64,000 nt of DNA from NCBI GenBank assembly GCA_001179505.1, contig CDMY01000553.1, positions 62,001 to 126,000 of the forward strand. Reading direction: 5' to 3'. This stretch comes from Vitrella brassicaformis CCMP3155. Its lineage: Eukaryota; Protista; Chromerida. The notes beneath the pieces were generated by a model. The model was not told the DNA's origin and did not search any database. It saw only the letters and a program-made list of their open reading frames with translations. The position numbers and the translations under genes are program-made. This document shows positions 61,880-64,000 of this stretch, one piece after another; position 1 is the first letter of the stretch, and each line of letters opens with the position of its first letter.

Positions 61880-64000
61880 ATGGCTGTTGCCGTGAAGCAG
61901 CCGAAGAAGAAGGACAAGGAGAGAGCTGAGCGGCCTCTTGGTCTGCCTCCCGAGGCACCCACAGAGGCGGAGATCCTCGAGCTGCTCCGCCCTCCAGAAC
62001 CAGAAGTACCAGTCGTCAACGACCAACCAGCGGCACCAGCTGCACCAGCAGCAGCGGCATCTGAGGAGAGCCGGCCAGTCGATGCTTTACAGGCGAGTCA
62101 GCCAGCGGGGGACGAAGGTGTGGTGGAGGAGAGAGAAGAGCCGGCGGCGGGTGTGGAGGAAGCCGTCATTGGCAGGCCTGCAGCTGAGTCCCTTCCGCGG
62201 CTGACTGAGCTGGCGCAGCAAGAAAGGGAACAACCGGCGACGGAGGCTCGTGCTGTGAGTGCTACGAGGGAGGATGAGTCTGCGAAGGAGCAGTCGCTCG
62301 TCTATCCTTTGGTACAGCCGCCTGAGAGCCCAGAAGTGATTAAGGCAGAGCAGACTATGTCGAGCAAGTCATCGTTCCCATCCGCGGCTGTCATCGACAC
62401 TAGTGACAAGACAGCCTCTGCCCCCCCAATGGCCACTGTTGTCGAGTCCTCGGAGTTCCTTCCCATCCACCAGGTGCCGCAGACGCAGGACGCCGTCACT
62501 TCAGCAGCAGCAGAGGAGGAGGAGAGCCTTGGCGTGGTGTCATCTTCGCTGGAGGCGTACGAGGTGATGCTACAGCGTGAAGTCGTCGACACGGCCACCG
62601 TGGCCACCTACCGCAATGAGGTGATCGCTGTCTTCGAGATGAGCGAGAGTGAGTTTGTCAACCGCCACATGGACCCGGCAGAGGGCAGCAATCCCTTCTT
62701 TTTGCTGCTGCAACGGTGTTGGAAGACCTGCGACGCCCTGCATCGGTTCAACTTGGAGGTGCTTTCCAGGCGGATCGAGTTGCTCAAGGAAGTCGAGGGC
62801 CAGCTGTGGAGCAAGAGGACGGCCACCATAACGGACAGCACCTACTGCATCCACTGCGGCCACCACCACACCGCCACACACAGCTTCGAGCGATTCGACT
62901 ACCAGCCGTCAAGGCAGGACACCCTCTCCAAGAGCTTGCGGGGCGCCCGATGCACCCTCCCCGTACAGAGCGCCGATGCCGTCTTCGCATTCCGGGAGGC
63001 AAAACGCGACTGCGACCGGTACGTCAAGCAGACGCTGCAGAGGCTGCTGTTGGCGGCGTGCGGCTACGCGGCCGAGCGGGGAGAGCCGGGGGTTGGCGAG
63101 CGCGATCATGATGCGCTTCGTCAAGTGGACGACGTGTGTGAGGATCCGACAAGAGGGGACTACAGCGGTCTGCCCGTGGTGCATTGGATTCACTACGGCG
63201 CGCTGCAAGGGGGGCTGCATCAGGACCGATACAACCTGCGTGATGCTCTCGCTAGAGCTAGAATGGGTAAGTCTGTGAGTGAGAAGCACAGAGACAGCGA
63301 TCGCCCGTCTGCCTGTCGTGATTGATTTGCCTTGTGTGTATGTATGCCTTCCTTCATGTGTTTGTGTCGTGCACTCACTCAGTATTGGATGCCGTGTTTT
63401 GGTTCCTGCGTGGCCCGTGTCGCCTGGTCTCCACACCCAAAGCCGTCGAGGAGGCCATGATGACACACCTGCAAGGCTGGAGCTCGCCGATCGTGGGTGC
63501 CATGCTGCGTGTGGCGCCCCTCTCCGACCACTATTTCCTGGCGCAGCACCTGCTGCGGTGCGGCCAGGGCGTGTGCGAGTGGGCGGCGCCTTTCCTGCAG
63601 CTCCCGACCAGCGTGGCTGCTGATGCGGGGGGCGATGGTGGTGATGCGGACAGTGGTGTGGGTGTGTGTGTTGGGTTCCCTCATGTCAGTGATGGTGTAG
63701 TGACCCATTGGACAACTCAGTCCCGCGACTATTTCTTGACGCTGCTGTCTGCTGTGGTGAGGCCGCTGCCGGAGAAGCCACCCGAAAAAGGTACGGACAC
63801 ACACACACACAGGCACACGCGTAGTCAGCCAGAGAGAGATAGAGGGGGGCGAGATGAGTGAGGCAAGGCACTCATAGTTCCCTTTGCCCTCTGGTTTGAC
63901 CGACGTGAGGGGCAAGGCATACCCAGGGGTGCTATAGTAACACACACGCACTCTGCGCATTCTGGAGGGGTCGCACACACACACCGACGCACCTCCTGGG
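61880..64000 (+). CDS. EPG5: EPG5 (ectopic P-granules 5) autophagy tether homologue, N-terminal part; truncated by the window end
   Basis: Exon 61880-63266 ends with NPFFLLLQRCW..GQLWSKRTATITDSTYC..HSFERFDY. Exon from 63383 has VLDAVFWFLR..DHYFLAQHLLRCGQGVCEWAAPFLQ, resembling metazoan EPG5 [25 protein letters not shown] (recalled from memory). Confidence 0.82.

Overview
Eukaryotic, GC-rich, intron-dense genomic DNA with microsatellite-filled introns (AC/GT, GACA, GGAT, GGGA). The style and gene content (CPW-WPC protein, apicomplexan-type beta-tubulin and RPL5) point to a chromerid alveolate, most likely Vitrella brassicaformis; this is inference, not a database match. I spliced 20 protein-coding genes by hand. 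Recognisable genes: RPL5, phosphatidylinositol synthase, an FCP1/NIF-type HAD phosphatase, an INCENP-like IN-box protein, a SPRY protein, an EamA/SLC35F-type transporter, TSPO, a CPW-WPC repeat protein, beta-tubulin, proteasome beta5, a two-FAS1-domain secreted protein, an E2F and the 5' end of an EPG5 homologue. The rest are lineage-specific hypotheticals, including a recent inverted paralogue pair (1-1688 and 14537-16217) that brackets RPL5 and a ~9.5 kb stretch with no assignable gene. I saw no tRNA, rRNA, CRISPR array or transposase/RT. Most worth following up: (i) complementary AC/GT arms at the two ends of many introns; (ii) a composite ~35-40 bp element shared by two unrelated bidirectional promoters; (iii) an E2F with an altered RRxYD recognition motif; (iv) divergent EPG5 and INCENP homologues; (v) the unexplained 9.5 kb gap. 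All family calls rest on motif recognition by eye, and exon boundaries are manual predictions.
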